From assembly GCA_021325515.1 (NCBI GenBank), contig JAJPHC010000001.1, positions 68,248 to 132,247 on the forward strand: a stretch of 64,000 bases of DNA. The letters run 5' to 3'. The position numbers and the translations under genes are program-made. Below, piece after piece: positions 31,864 to 46,061 of the stretch (positions within the stretch are counted from its first letter, which is position 1; the number at the start of each line of letters is the position of its first letter). The stretch comes from Acidobacteriota bacterium (GTDB taxonomy: Bacteria; Acidobacteriota; Thermoanaerobaculia; Gp7-AA8). The notes below the pieces were generated by a model that did no database searches, was not told the DNA's origin, and saw only the letters and a program-made list of their open reading frames with translations.

Positions 31864-32403
31864 ATGAACTGGCTGATCAAGAACTTCCTGCGCGGCCTCG
31901 GCATTGTCGTTCCCATCGCATTCACCATCTACGTCGTCTACGAGGCATTCATCAGCATCGACCGCCTGCTCCCGTACCGGACCAGGCCCGGCGTTGGCTT
32001 TGCGATCCTCATCGCGCTGATCATTCTCATCGGCGCGCTCGCATCGAACTTCGTCGGGCGGCGCGTCATCCGCCTGACCGATGCCCTCTTCACGCGCGCG
32101 CCGCTCGTGAGGCTGATCTATGCGTCGGTGAAGGATCTCCTCGAAGCGTTCGTCGGCGACAAGAAGCGCTTCGACAAGCCTGTGGCGGTTGCGATCACCG
32201 ACGACGTGCGGACTCTCGGCTTCATGACGCAGAGCGATCTCGCGTTTCTCTCGATGCCGGGACACGTCGCCGTCTACATGCCGTACTCGTACAGCATGTC
32301 GGGCTGCGTGGTCGTCGTGCCGGCTTCTCGCGTCACTCCGCTTGCGGCCGACAGCGCCAGCGTCATGGCACTCATCGTTTCAGGGGGAGTCTCTCGCGGC
32401 TGA
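31864..32403 (+). CDS. DUF502-like small membrane protein
   Basis: 179 aa with two N-terminal TM segments (MNWLIKNFLRGLGIVVPIAFTIYVVY..). The family assignment is from memory of the N-terminal pattern. Confidence 0.5.
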   Translation: MNWLIKNFLRGLGIVVPIAFTIYVVYEAFISIDRLLPYRTRPGVGFAILIALIILIGALASNFVGRRVIRLTDALFTRAPLVRLIYASVKDLLEAFVGDKKRFDKPVAVAITDDVRTLGFMTQSDLAFLSMPGHVAVYMPYSYSMSGCVVVVPASRVTPLAADSASVMALIVSGGVSRG

Positions 32404-32451
32404 GTTTTGAAGCACACGGTTGCGTAATGAACATCACCTGAAGCAATGGTC

Positions 32452-32479
32452 TTGCATCACATCCCTTTTTGGATATGAT
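32452..32479 (+). promoter_or_regulatory. candidate sigma70 promoter for the ACIII operon (TTGCAT-N16-TATGAT)
   Basis: -35 at 32452-32457 and -10 at 32474-32479, ~68 nt upstream of the actA ATG. Sequence match only. Confidence 0.3.
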
Positions 32480-32546
32480 CGCCCCCGCCACGCAACGCCC
32501 ACGCGTCTGTATTTGAAATCTACACCTTTGGACGGTAGCAGCCTCG

Positions 32547-33197
32547 ATGGCGCAGATTTTCCACCGAAGCACAAACACCCTCTCACGCGTCACGATATTC
32601 GGCGCGGTCTTCGTCATTGGTTTCGTGCTCTGGCTCGTCGGTGAGATCGTTCGCTCGCCGTACGTGACGAACCAGGGACTCGAGCGCGAGCAGCCCGTTC
32701 CGTTTTCGCATCAGCACCACGTTGCGGGCCTCGGCATCGACTGCCGTTACTGTCATACGTCGGTCGAGACCTCGAGTTTCGCCGGAATTCCGCCGACGCA
32801 GACGTGCATGAACTGCCACGCGCAGATCTGGACGAATGCCGACATGCTGGCGCCGGTCCGCGCGAGCTACGCGACGAACAAGCCGATCGTCTGGAGCCGC
32901 GTGCACCGCCTTCCGGACTTCGTCCACTTCAACCACAGCATTCACATCAACAAGGGCATCGGCTGCGCTTCGTGCCACGGACGCATCGACAAGATGGCGC
33001 TGACCTATCAGGCGTCGCCGCTGACGATGGCCTGGTGCCTGAGCTGCCATCGCGCGCCGCAGAAGTTCGTCCGCCCGCGTGACCAGGTCTTCAACATGGA
33101 CTACGTGCCGGCCGAGGATCAGAACGTGCTCGGCCCGCGCCTGGTGAAGGAATACAACATCAAGTCGATGACGGCTTGTTCAACGTGTCATTACTAG
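32547..33197 (+). CDS. actA: alternative complex III pentaheme cytochrome c subunit ActA
   Basis: N-terminal TM and five CxxCH motifs (CRYCH, CMNCH, CASCH, CLSCH, CSTCH). First gene of an actABCDEF run. Confidence 0.88.
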   Translation: MAQIFHRSTNTLSRVTIFGAVFVIGFVLWLVGEIVRSPYVTNQGLEREQPVPFSHQHHVAGLGIDCRYCHTSVETSSFAGIPPTQTCMNCHAQIWTNADMLAPVRASYATNKPIVWSRVHRLPDFVHFNHSIHINKGIGCASCHGRIDKMALTYQASPLTMAWCLSCHRAPQKFVRPRDQVFNMDYVPAEDQNVLGPRLVKEYNIKSMTACSTCHY

Positions 33198-33264
33198 GCG
33201 GCAGGCGCGAGGCGCTAGGCGCGGGTACTTCCACTCGCGCCCCGCGCCCCACGCCCTGCGCCCT
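33196..33264. repeat. GC-rich hairpin whose arms are four tandem heptamers each
   Basis: Left arm: aggcggc aggcgcg aggcgct aggcgcg (33196-33223, the first overlapping the actA TAG). Right arm: gcgcccc gcgcccc acgccct gcgccct (33237-33264). The arms are ~6/7 complementary per heptamer. Lies in the actA-actB intergenic region. Confidence 0.7.
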
Positions 33265-33273
33265 GAAACAACC

Positions 33274-36267
<2,994 letters not shown>

Positions 36268-36269
36268 CG

Positions 36270-37691
<1,422 letters not shown>

Positions 37692-38240
37692 ATGCCTATC
37701 GGTAAACCACTCGAAGGAACGTACGGCGTCATCGCCGAGTTCGCCGATCCGCAGGAGCTGCTCAACGCGGCGAACGCTGCGCGCGAGGCGGGCTACAAAG
37801 AGCTCGATGCCTATTCGCCATTTCCGATTCACGGACTGGCGGAAGCGATTGGCTTCCATCGCTCGCGGCTGTCGGCCGTCGTGCTCGGCGGCGGCATCAT
37901 CGGCGGCTTCTCCGGCTTCTTCATGTGCTGGTACGCCAACGTGATCTGGTATCCGCTGAACATCGGCGGCAAGCCTTTCAACTCATGGCCGGCGTGGATC
38001 CCGATCACGTTCGAATGCACGATCCTCTTCGCTGCCTTCGCAGCGGTCTTCGGCATGCTCGCGCTCAACGGACTGCCGATGCCGTATCACCCCGTCTTCA
38101 ACGTGCCGCGCTTCGATCAGGCGTCGCGCGACAAATTCTTCCTCGTGATCCAGGCCCGCGACCCGAAGTTCGACATCGACGACGTCTGGAAATTTCTCGA
38201 GAGTCTCGGACCGCGAGAGGTGAATGATGTTCCCTGGTGA
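37692..38240 (+). CDS. actD: alternative complex III subunit ActD
   Basis: 182 aa. N-terminus GVIAEFADPQELLNAANAAREAGYKELDAYSPFPIHGL, then two TM segments. Position is as in the operon. Confidence 0.85.
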   Translation: MPIGKPLEGTYGVIAEFADPQELLNAANAAREAGYKELDAYSPFPIHGLAEAIGFHRSRLSAVVLGGGIIGGFSGFFMCWYANVIWYPLNIGGKPFNSWPAWIPITFECTILFAAFAAVFGMLALNGLPMPYHPVFNVPRFDQASRDKFFLVIQARDPKFDIDDVWKFLESLGPREVNDVPW

Positions 38241-38853
38241 CGACAGCCGACAGCCGACAGCCGACCGCCGGTCTCTGTCGCTGCGTGCCGTGCTCCTGCT
38301 GTCTGCTGTCTGCGGCCTGCTCGCTTTGAGCGGCTGCCGTCAGAAGATGGCGAACCAGCCTCGCTACGATCCGCTGGAGCCGAGCGATTTCTTCGCGGAT
38401 GGGATGTCGGCGCGCCCGCGCATTCCGGGGACCGTCGCCCGCGGTGAGCTCGCCATGGATCCCGTCATGGCCACGGGCAAGATGAATGGTCAGGATGTTG
38501 ACGGGTTTCCGTTCGCCATCGATGCTGCCGCGCTCAATCGCGGGCAGGAGCGCTACACGATTTACTGCACTCCCTGCCACGGCCGCACCGGCGACGGCAA
38601 CGGCATGATCCCCTCGCGCGGCTATCGCCATCCGCCGTCGTTCCACACCGACACGCTCCGCAACGCAAAGACAGGACATTTCTTCGACGTGATGACCAAC
38701 GGATTCGGCTCCATGCCGTCGTACGCGCATCAGATCCCGGTGGAAGACCGCTGGAAGATCGTCGCGTACATTCGCGCGCTGCAGCTCAGCCAGAACGCGA
38801 CCATCAATGAAGTGCCCGCCGATCAGCGTGCAACGCTCGGGGGTGGCAAGTGA
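38224..38853 (+). CDS. actE: alternative complex III monoheme cytochrome c lipoprotein ActE
   Basis: Lipoprotein signal LLLSAVCGLLALSGC and a single CTPCH heme motif. Confidence 0.85.
   Translation: MMFPGDDSRQPTADRRSLSLRAVLLLSAVCGLLALSGCRQKMANQPRYDPLEPSDFFADGMSARPRIPGTVARGELAMDPVMATGKMNGQDVDGFPFAIDAAALNRGQERYTIYCTPCHGRTGDGNGMIPSRGYRHPPSFHTDTLRNAKTGHFFDVMTNGFGSMPSYAHQIPVEDRWKIVAYIRALQLSQNATINEVPADQRATLGGGK
38241..38325. repeat. heptamer-arm inverted repeat inside the 5' end of actE
   Basis: Left arm: cgacagc x3 + cgaccgc (38241-38268). Right arm: gctgtct gctgtct gcggcct gctcgct (38298-38325). RC of cgacagc is gctgtcg (6/7 match). Encodes the n- and h-regions of the ActE signal peptide (DSRQPTADRR ... 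LLLSAVCGLLA). Confidence 0.65.
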
Positions 38854-40040
38854 GCAGCGTGCAATCGACACAGGAATCGACCGGCATCGCGCGCTTCCAG
38901 GTTCCGGCGCTCATCATCGGCGTCATCGGATTCGCGGTCACGATCTTCGGCTTCGTCTCGAGCATCGACGCCGCGATGCACGCCTATCTCACGAGCTACC
39001 TCTTCTGGTTGCAGATCGTCGCCGGATCCCTCGGCGTTCTCTGCCTGCAGTACGTGACCGGCGGTGAGTGGGGCATCCTGCTTCGCCGCCCGCTCGGTGC
39101 CGCGGCGCGCACGATGATCATCATGGCGATCCTCGCCATTCCGGTGGTGATCGGCGCGAAGCACATCTATCCCTGGACGAATCTCGAGTTCATGCGGGAG
39201 GACGCCTCGCTGCGGCTCAAGCAGGGCTACCTCAACACGAACTTCTGGATGATTCGCACCGCTGCCTACTTCGTGATCTGGATTCTCTGGGCGTGGCGGA
39301 TCCGCATCCTCTCGCTCAAGTTCTACGAAGACCGCTCGCCGTACATCGATCTGCGCCGCCGCGGCTGGGCCGCTGCGGGACTGCCGATGATCGTTCTCAC
39401 GCTGACGTTCTTCTCGATCGACTGGATGATGTCGCTCGAGCCGAAGTGGTACTCGACGATGTACGGGATCAACTTCCTGATCTCGGCGGGACTCGCGGCG
39501 TTCGCGTTCTGCACGTTCTTCCTCTCGCGCCTGGCGAACGTTCCCGCGATGTCGAACATCCTGAAGCCGCTTCATTTCCGTGACATGGGCAACCTGATGC
39601 TCGCCTTCGTCATGCTGTGGGCCTACACGGCGTTCTCCGAGTTCCTCCTGACGTGGTACGGCAACATCAAGGAAGAGATTCCGCACTACATGGCGCGGCA
39701 GGAAGGCGCCTGGGGTGCCGTGTCGCTCGCGCTCATCGTGCTGCACTTCTTCCTGCCGTTCTTCCTGCTGCTGATCCGCGACATCAAGGACCGGCCGGCG
39801 ACGATCGGTGCCGTGGCGATCGTGGTGCTGGTGATGCGTTACGTCGGTACGCTCTGGAGCGTCGCCCCGGCATGGGGCCACTTCCACTACTCGCTGTGGG
39901 ATGCCGCCTCGCTGCTCGGAGTTGGCGGCATCTGGCTGTTCTTCTTCATCCAGCAGTTGAAGGGACAGACGATCATCCCGATTCACGAGACGTGGGTCGA
40001 AGAAGCGATTCGAGAGGGGGCCGTGAAGATCAATGGCTGA
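38850..40040 (+). CDS. actF: alternative complex III membrane subunit ActF (NrfD-like paralogue)
   Basis: 396-aa polytopic protein immediately after actE. Confidence 0.85.
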   Translation: MSSVQSTQESTGIARFQVPALIIGVIGFAVTIFGFVSSIDAAMHAYLTSYLFWLQIVAGSLGVLCLQYVTGGEWGILLRRPLGAAARTMIIMAILAIPVVIGAKHIYPWTNLEFMREDASLRLKQGYLNTNFWMIRTAAYFVIWILWAWRIRILSLKFYEDRSPYIDLRRRGWAAAGLPMIVLTLTFFSIDWMMSLEPKWYSTMYGINFLISAGLAAFAFCTFFLSRLANVPAMSNILKPLHFRDMGNLMLAFVMLWAYTAFSEFLLTWYGNIKEEIPHYMARQEGAWGAVSLALIVLHFFLPFFLLLIRDIKDRPATIGAVAIVVLVMRYVGTLWSVAPAWGHFHYSLWDAASLLGVGGIWLFFFIQQLKGQTIIPIHETWVEEAIREGAVKING

Positions 40041-40563
40041 TCTCAATCTGCACGACTATCACGAGGAAGACATCGTCAATGCGGAGACGCATCACGAGAA
40101 AAGCGATGTCAACGTCCGCGCGCTGTTCATCTTCGGCATCGTCTTCGTCATCTTCGCGGCCGTATCGCACGGCGCGCTGTACATCATGTACAGGCAGTTC
40201 ATCCGCTACGCGAACGACCATCAGAACAAGCCGCTGACGATGATGGAGCGGCCGGAGAGCATGACCGTCCCGGCGGCGCCGCGCCTGCAGCCGTTCCCGT
40301 CGAAGACGCCGTCAGGAGTCATCGCGCCGAATGCCAATACGCCGGTCACCGACATGGCCGACATGCGGCGCGAGCAGGAGAACGTGCTCAACTCGTACGG
40401 CTACGCCGATCGCCAGAAAGGCGTTGTCCACATTCCGATCGAGGATGCGAAAAAGCTGGCCCTGCAGAAAGGCTTCGCCAGTGTAGGACAGGCGCCCCCG
40501 CCTGTCCCTGCGGTGCCTTCGTCTTCCCCAGCCCCCGTCCCGGCCGAATCGAAAAAGCCATGA
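40033..40563 (+). CDS. ACIII/oxidase-associated single-pass membrane protein (possibly ActG-like)
   Basis: 176 aa with one TM (ALFIFGIVFVIFAAVSHGALYIMY). Overlaps the actF stop and the sco start. Function unknown. Confidence 0.55.
   Translation: MADLNLHDYHEEDIVNAETHHEKSDVNVRALFIFGIVFVIFAAVSHGALYIMYRQFIRYANDHQNKPLTMMERPESMTVPAAPRLQPFPSKTPSGVIAPNANTPVTDMADMRREQENVLNSYGYADRQKGVVHIPIEDAKKLALQKGFASVGQAPPPVPAVPSSSPAPVPAESKKP
40481..40508. repeat. second copy of the mini-hairpin GTGTAGGACAGGCGCCCCCGCCTGTCCC, inside coding sequence
   Basis: Same 9-bp stem as at 34256-34283. Encodes ..SVGQAPPPVP.. in the C-terminal tail of the 40033..40563 protein. Confidence 0.75.
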
Positions 40564-41360
40564 AACGCACCCTGATCCTCGCGGCTTCTCTGCTGGCGCT
40601 CCCCGCGATCGCACAGCAGAACTCCGCCGATCCGCCGAAGCTCCCGGGCCGTGTCGCGATTCAGCAGAAGCTCGACACGCAGATCCCCCTCGACACGATG
40701 TTCCGCGATGAGACCGGGCGCGTCGTCCGTCTCAGCGAGTACTTCAGGAGTGGCAGACCCGTGCTGCTCAACTTCATGTACTACCGCTGCCCGATGCTCT
40801 GCCCTACGGTGCTGGAAGGGACGACGAACACGCTGACCGAGTTGAAGTTCGACATCGGCAGGGAATTCGACGTGATCACGGTGAGCATCGATCCTCGCGA
40901 CACGCCGGAGATGGCCGCCCAGAAGAAGGATCACTATCTGAAGCGCTACGGCCGGCTGAATTCGGCGGCGGGATGGCATTTCCTCACCGGCAACGAGAGC
41001 TCGATCAAACGGCTCGCGAATGCGGTCGGGTTCGAGTATGCATATGACCTCCAGAGCGATCAGTTCGCGCACGGCGCCGCACTGCTCGTGCTGACGCCGC
41101 AGGGCAAGGTCTCGCGCTACTTCTACGGCTTCGAGTACAGCCCGCGCGATCTGCGCCTCGGCCTGGTCGAAGCTGCGGCGAACAAGATCGGCACCGCCAC
41201 CGACCAGTTCATGCTCCTCTGCTTTCACTACGATCCGGCGACGGGCAAGTACGCCAAGACTGCGATGAACATCGTTCGCGCCGGAGGCGTGGCGACGATC
41301 ATCAGCCTCGCCAGCTTCATCTTCATCATGCTGCGCAATGAACGGAAATCGAATCAATGA
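40560..41360 (+). CDS. SCO1/SenC family copper chaperone
   Basis: Signal/anchor, thioredoxin-like fold with CPMLCP (CxxxC), and a C-terminal TM. Precedes the oxidase genes. Confidence 0.8.
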   Translation: MKRTLILAASLLALPAIAQQNSADPPKLPGRVAIQQKLDTQIPLDTMFRDETGRVVRLSEYFRSGRPVLLNFMYYRCPMLCPTVLEGTTNTLTELKFDIGREFDVITVSIDPRDTPEMAAQKKDHYLKRYGRLNSAAGWHFLTGNESSIKRLANAVGFEYAYDLQSDQFAHGAALLVLTPQGKVSRYFYGFEYSPRDLRLGLVEAAANKIGTATDQFMLLCFHYDPATGKYAKTAMNIVRAGGVATIISLASFIFIMLRNERKSNQ

Positions 41361-42340
41361 TGGTTGCGGATTTTCCTCTCTGGCCTGAGCAGGCATCGAC
41401 CTTCGCCAAAGACGTCGATGCGCTCTACATCTTTCTGATCATTCTGACCGGCACGGTCTCCGTCGGTATCTTCCTGACGATCTTCGGTCTCGCGATCAAG
41501 TACCGCCGCCGGCCCGACAACGAGCTGGCGCAGGACTACGAGCCGCCCAAGATTCTCGAGGTCACATGGATCGTCGTTCCGACGATCATCTTCATGGGCC
41601 TCTTCGTCTGGGGCTCGTGGCTCTATTTCCACCTCGCGCGCGTGCCCGATGACGCGCTCGACATCTACGCGACCGGCAAGCAGTGGATGTGGAAGTTCCA
41701 GCATCCGACGGGACAGCGCGAAATCAACACGCTGCATGTTCCGGTCAATCGTCCGATCAAGATCACGATGGCGTCGGAAGATGTCATCCACAGCCTCTTC
41801 TTCCCCTACTTCCGCACGAAGATGGACGTGCTCCCCAATCGCTATCGCTCGATGTGGTTCCAGGCGACGAAGACCGGCCGCTTTCACATCTTCTGTGCCG
41901 AGTACTGCGGCACGCTGCACTCGGGGATGATCGGCTGGGTCGAGGTGATGGAGCCGACCGAATATCAGAAGTGGCTCGCCGGCGGCAGCGAAGGCTCGAT
42001 GGCCTCGCAGGGCGAGCAGCTCTTCCAGAAGTACGCGTGCAACACCTGCCACACGAACGACGCGACGGGACGCGGCCCCGTGCTGGCCGGTCTCTACGGC
42101 AAGGACGTGACGCTCAGCAACGACACGACCGTCAAGGCCGACGACAACTACATCCGCGAATCGATCCTCAATCCGCAGGCGAAGGTGGTGAAGGGCTTCA
42201 ACCCGATCATGCCGACGTTCCAGGGGCAGGTGAGTGAGGACGACATGATGAAGCTCCTCGCTTACGTGAAGTCGATTGGACAGAACACCGCGCCGGCGAC
42301 GACGCCCGCACCGGCAGGCGCAAAAGGTACGAACCCATGA
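41357..42340 (+). CDS. ctaC: cytochrome c oxidase subunit II with fused C-terminal cytochrome c (caa3-type)
   Basis: Two TM segments, CuA site [12 protein letters not shown], and C-terminal CNTCH. Confidence 0.92.
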   Translation: MMVADFPLWPEQASTFAKDVDALYIFLIILTGTVSVGIFLTIFGLAIKYRRRPDNELAQDYEPPKILEVTWIVVPTIIFMGLFVWGSWLYFHLARVPDDALDIYATGKQWMWKFQHPTGQREINTLHVPVNRPIKITMASEDVIHSLFFPYFRTKMDVLPNRYRSMWFQATKTGRFHIFCAEYCGTLHSGMIGWVEVMEPTEYQKWLAGGSEGSMASQGEQLFQKYACNTCHTNDATGRGPVLAGLYGKDVTLSNDTTVKADDNYIRESILNPQAKVVKGFNPIMPTFQGQVSEDDMMKLLAYVKSIGQNTAPATTPAPAGAKGTNP

Positions 42341-43992
42341 CCACAGCAACACTGCATGATGTCCGGCTCTCCGGCGCCGCGTCGGACCGCAACTACTTCA
42401 ACGACGAGTACGGCGCACTCTCGTGGTTCCTCACCAAGGACCACAAGCGGATCGCGATCCTCTATCTGATCTCGGTCTCGGTGCTGTTCGTCATCGGCGG
42501 CTTCTTCGCGATGATGATGCGCATCGAGCTGCTGACACCGGAAGGCGATCTGCTCACCAGCGACACCTACAACAAGTTCTTCACCATGCACGGCGTGGTG
42601 ATGATCTTTTTCTTCCTGATTCCGGTCATCCCGGCGGTACTGGGGAACTTCCTTCTGCCGCTGCAGATCGGCGCGAAGGATCTCGCGTTCCCGAAGATCA
42701 ACCTGCTGAGCTGGTATCTCTACATGCTCGCGGCAGGCATCGGCCTGATCGTCATCGTCACCGGCGGCGTCGACACCGGCTGGACGTTCTACACGCCCTT
42801 CTCGACGCAGTACTCGAACACACACGTCTTCGGCACGACCTTCGCCGGCTTCATCGCCGGCTTCTCGTCGATCCTCACCGGTCTCAACTTCATCGTCACG
42901 ATTCACCGGATGCGCGCGCCGGGACTCACCTGGTATCGCCTCCCGCTGTTCGTCTGGGCGCTCTACGCGACATCGATCGTCATGCTGCTCGCGACGCCGG
43001 TGCTGGCGATCACGCTGGTCATGCTGATGATCGAGCGCACCGTCGGTGTCGGGTTCTTCGATCCCGCGCTCGGCGGCGATCCTGTGCTCTACCAGCACAT
43101 GTTCTGGTTCTACTCCCACCCGGCCGTCTACATCATGATTCTGCCGGCCATGGGCGTCGCCTCGGATGTCGTCGCCGCGTTCACCCGCAAGAAGATCTTC
43201 GGCTATCGCTTCGTCGCCTTCTCGTCACTGGCGATCGCGTTCCTCGGCTTCCTCGTCTGGGCGCATCACCTGTTCGTCGCCGGCATCTCCGTCTACTCCG
43301 CGATGATCTTCGCGTTCCTCACGTTCTTCGTCGCGGTGCCCTCGGCGATCAAGGTCTTCAACTGGACGGCGACGCTCTACAAGGCATCCGTCTCCTGGCA
43401 GACGCCGATGCTCTACATCATGGGCTTCATCGGTCTCTTCACGATCGGTGGCGTCACGGGACTCTTCCTCGCGTCGCTCGGGCTCGACATCCACGTGACC
43501 GATACCTACTTCGTCGTCGCGCACTTCCACTACGTCATGGTCGGTGGAACGGTGATGGCGTATCTCGCAGGCATTCACTACTGGTGGCCGAAGATCACCG
43601 GCCGCATGTATCCCGAATGGTGGGCGCGCCTCGCGGCGCTGCTCGTCTTCGTCGGATTCAATCTCACCTTCTTCCCGCAGTTCATCCTCGGCTACGTCGG
43701 CATGCCGCGCCGCTATCACGCGTACGCGCCAGAGTTCCAGGTGCTCAACGTGTTGTCGACGGCCGGCGCGTCGGTGCTGGCGGTCGGCTACATGCTGCCG
43801 ATCTTCTATCTCATCTGGTCGATCTGGAACGGGCGTCCTGCCGGCAAGAACCCATGGGGCGCAGTCGGACTCGAATGGACGACGTCGTCGCCTCCACCGA
43901 AGGAGAACTTCCACGAGACGCCGGTCGTCACGTGGGAGGCGTATGACTACCCCGGAATGATGAAAGCGATGGGGGAGACGCAGCATGTCTGA
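42337..43992 (+). CDS. ctaD: cytochrome c oxidase subunit I
   Basis: 551 aa with typical heme-copper oxidase motifs ([30 protein letters not shown]). Confidence 0.95.
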   Translation: MTTATLHDVRLSGAASDRNYFNDEYGALSWFLTKDHKRIAILYLISVSVLFVIGGFFAMMMRIELLTPEGDLLTSDTYNKFFTMHGVVMIFFFLIPVIPAVLGNFLLPLQIGAKDLAFPKINLLSWYLYMLAAGIGLIVIVTGGVDTGWTFYTPFSTQYSNTHVFGTTFAGFIAGFSSILTGLNFIVTIHRMRAPGLTWYRLPLFVWALYATSIVMLLATPVLAITLVMLMIERTVGVGFFDPALGGDPVLYQHMFWFYSHPAVYIMILPAMGVASDVVAAFTRKKIFGYRFVAFSSLAIAFLGFLVWAHHLFVAGISVYSAMIFAFLTFFVAVPSAIKVFNWTATLYKASVSWQTPMLYIMGFIGLFTIGGVTGLFLASLGLDIHVTDTYFVVAHFHYVMVGGTVMAYLAGIHYWWPKITGRMYPEWWARLAALLVFVGFNLTFFPQFILGYVGMPRRYHAYAPEFQVLNVLSTAGASVLAVGYMLPIFYLIWSIWNGRPAGKNPWGAVGLEWTTSSPPPKENFHETPVVTWEAYDYPGMMKAMGETQHV

Positions 43993-44671
43993 CATGGCGC
44001 TCGGCAACGAGCATCATCATCACCATCCGTTCCTCCAGCATCACTTCGAGGATCTGGGACAGCAGCACGAGGCATCCACGCTCGGCATGTGGATGTTCCT
44101 CTGCACGGAAATTCTCTTCTTCGGCGGCGTGCTCTGCGCCTACTGGGTCTACCGCGTGATGTATCCCGAAGCGTGGGCGGTCGGTGCGCATCTGCAGCAG
44201 ACGGGATGGGGCGCGACGAACACGATCGTGCTGATCGTCAGCTCACTCACGATGGCACTCGCGGTTCGCGCCGCACAGCTCGGGAAGCGCGGACAGCAGC
44301 TCGGCTTCCTCTTCGCGACGCTCATCTTCGGCACGGCGTTCCTCGTCGTCAAAGGCATCGAGTATCACCGTCACTGGGAAGAGGGTCTGTTCCCCGGCTC
44401 GCACTTCCACTGGCATGAACATCCCGAGCTTGCGCAGAAGGTGCAGCTCTTCATGTGCTTCTACTGGGGCATGACGGGCCTGCACGCGCTGCACATGATC
44501 ATCGGCGCGGGGCTGTTGCTCTGGATCATGTGGCGCGCATACAAGAACCACTTCGGTCCCGAGTATTACGCGCCGGTCGAAGTGATGGGCCTCTACTGGC
44601 ACTTCGTCGACATCGTCTGGATCTTCCTCTTCCCGTTCCTCTATCTCATCCACGAGGTTCACCATGGCTGA
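43985..44671 (+). CDS. ctaE: cytochrome c oxidase subunit III
   Basis: 228 aa, ~5 [16 protein letters not shown] motif. Confidence 0.9.
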   Translation: MSDMALGNEHHHHHPFLQHHFEDLGQQHEASTLGMWMFLCTEILFFGGVLCAYWVYRVMYPEAWAVGAHLQQTGWGATNTIVLIVSSLTMALAVRAAQLGKRGQQLGFLFATLIFGTAFLVVKGIEYHRHWEEGLFPGSHFHWHEHPELAQKVQLFMCFYWGMTGLHALHMIIGAGLLLWIMWRAYKNHFGPEYYAPVEVMGLYWHFVDIVWIFLFPFLYLIHEVHHG

Positions 44672-44996
44672 CACGACTGAGCACCACCAACTCGAGCACG
44701 CGCCGCATGTCCATGTGACGCCGCTCTGGATCTACATCGCGGTGTTTCTCGCGCTCGCGGTGGGAACGATCGTCACGTATCTCGCGTCGCTGGTCGATCT
44801 CGGCATGTGGAACACGCCGGTCGCCCTCATCATCGCCACGATCAAGGCCGTGCTCGTGATTCTCTTCTTCATGCACGTGATTCACTCGACGCGGCTCACA
44901 TGGGTCACCGTCGTCGGCTCCTTCCTCTGGCTCGGCATTCTGTTTGTGCTAACGTTCGCCGACTATCTGACCCGCGGCTGGTCGCTCTTCAAGTAA
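44664..44996 (+). CDS. ctaF: cytochrome c oxidase subunit IV (prokaryotic small subunit)
   Basis: 110 aa with three TM segments, overlapping the subunit III stop. Confidence 0.75.
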   Translation: MADTTEHHQLEHAPHVHVTPLWIYIAVFLALAVGTIVTYLASLVDLGMWNTPVALIIATIKAVLVILFFMHVIHSTRLTWVTVVGSFLWLGILFVLTFADYLTRGWSLFK

Positions 44997-45011
44997 AAGG
45001 AACCGATCCCC

Positions 45012-46055
45012 ATGCGCTACCTCGTGACCGGCGGAGCCGGTTTCATCGGCTCGAATTTCATCCGCTTTGTCTTCAAGAAGTATGGTGACGATGCCCAGGT
45101 CGTGAACCTGGACAAGCTCACCTACGCCGGCATCCGCGAGAATCTCGCCGAATTCGAAGGGAAGAAGAACTACCGCTTCCAGCAGGGCGATATCGCGAAT
45201 CCGGAAGATGTCGCGAAGGCGTACGAAGGGGTCGATGGCAGCGGCGTCGATGTCGTCGTGAACTTCGCCGCGGAGACGCATGTCGATCGCTCGCTCCTCG
45301 AAGCCGGGACGTTCATTCAGACCGATGTGCACGGCGTGCTCGTCCTGCTCGAAGAGGCGCGCAAACATGCGCCGAAGCTCAGGCGATTCATCCAGATCTC
45401 GACGGATGAGGTCTACGGTTCGATCGACTCCGGCTCATTCCGCGAGACCGATCCGCTGAACCCGCGCAATCCGTATTCGGCATCGAAGGCCGGCGGCGAC
45501 CGGATGGCCTACGCCTACGGCCAGACCTATGGTCTGCCGGTCATCGTCACGCGCGCCTCGAACAACTTCGGGCCGTTCCAGTATCCCGAGAAGCTGATCC
45601 CGCTCTTCGTCACGAACGCGATCGACAATCTTCCGCTGCCGCTCTATGGCGATGGGAAGAACGTGCGCGACTGGTTGTTCGTCGACGATCACTGCGCCGC
45701 AGTCGACTTCCTCATCGAGCATGGTGAGAATCACGAGGTCTACAACATCGGCGGCGGCAACGAGCTCGAGAACCGCGAGATCACCGATCGCATCCTGGAG
45801 CTGACGAACCGCCCGAAGTCGCTGATCAAGCCGGTCGCCGACCGTCAGGGCCACGATCGCCGCTATTCGCTCGACACGCAGAAGCTCGCAAATCGCGGCT
45901 TCAAGTGCGACACCGATTTCGAGCGCGCACTGGAGCTGACCGTGCGCTGGTATCTCGACAACGAGCCGTGGTGGCGCGCGATCAAGGAAAAGAGCGCCGA
46001 CTACAAGGCGTGGATGGAGAAGAACTACGGAGCGCGGACGTCTCGTCCGCACTGA
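45012..46055 (+). CDS. rfbB: dTDP-glucose 4,6-dehydratase
   Basis: GGAGFIGSNF Rossmann motif, YSASKAGGD (YxxxK), and typical length (347 aa). Confidence 0.88.
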   Translation: MRYLVTGGAGFIGSNFIRFVFKKYGDDAQVVNLDKLTYAGIRENLAEFEGKKNYRFQQGDIANPEDVAKAYEGVDGSGVDVVVNFAAETHVDRSLLEAGTFIQTDVHGVLVLLEEARKHAPKLRRFIQISTDEVYGSIDSGSFRETDPLNPRNPYSASKAGGDRMAYAYGQTYGLPVIVTRASNNFGPFQYPEKLIPLFVTNAIDNLPLPLYGDGKNVRDWLFVDDHCAAVDFLIEHGENHEVYNIGGGNELENREITDRILELTNRPKSLIKPVADRQGHDRRYSLDTQKLANRGFKCDTDFERALELTVRWYLDNEPWWRAIKEKSADYKAWMEKNYGARTSRPH

Positions 46056-46061
46056 CATCGT

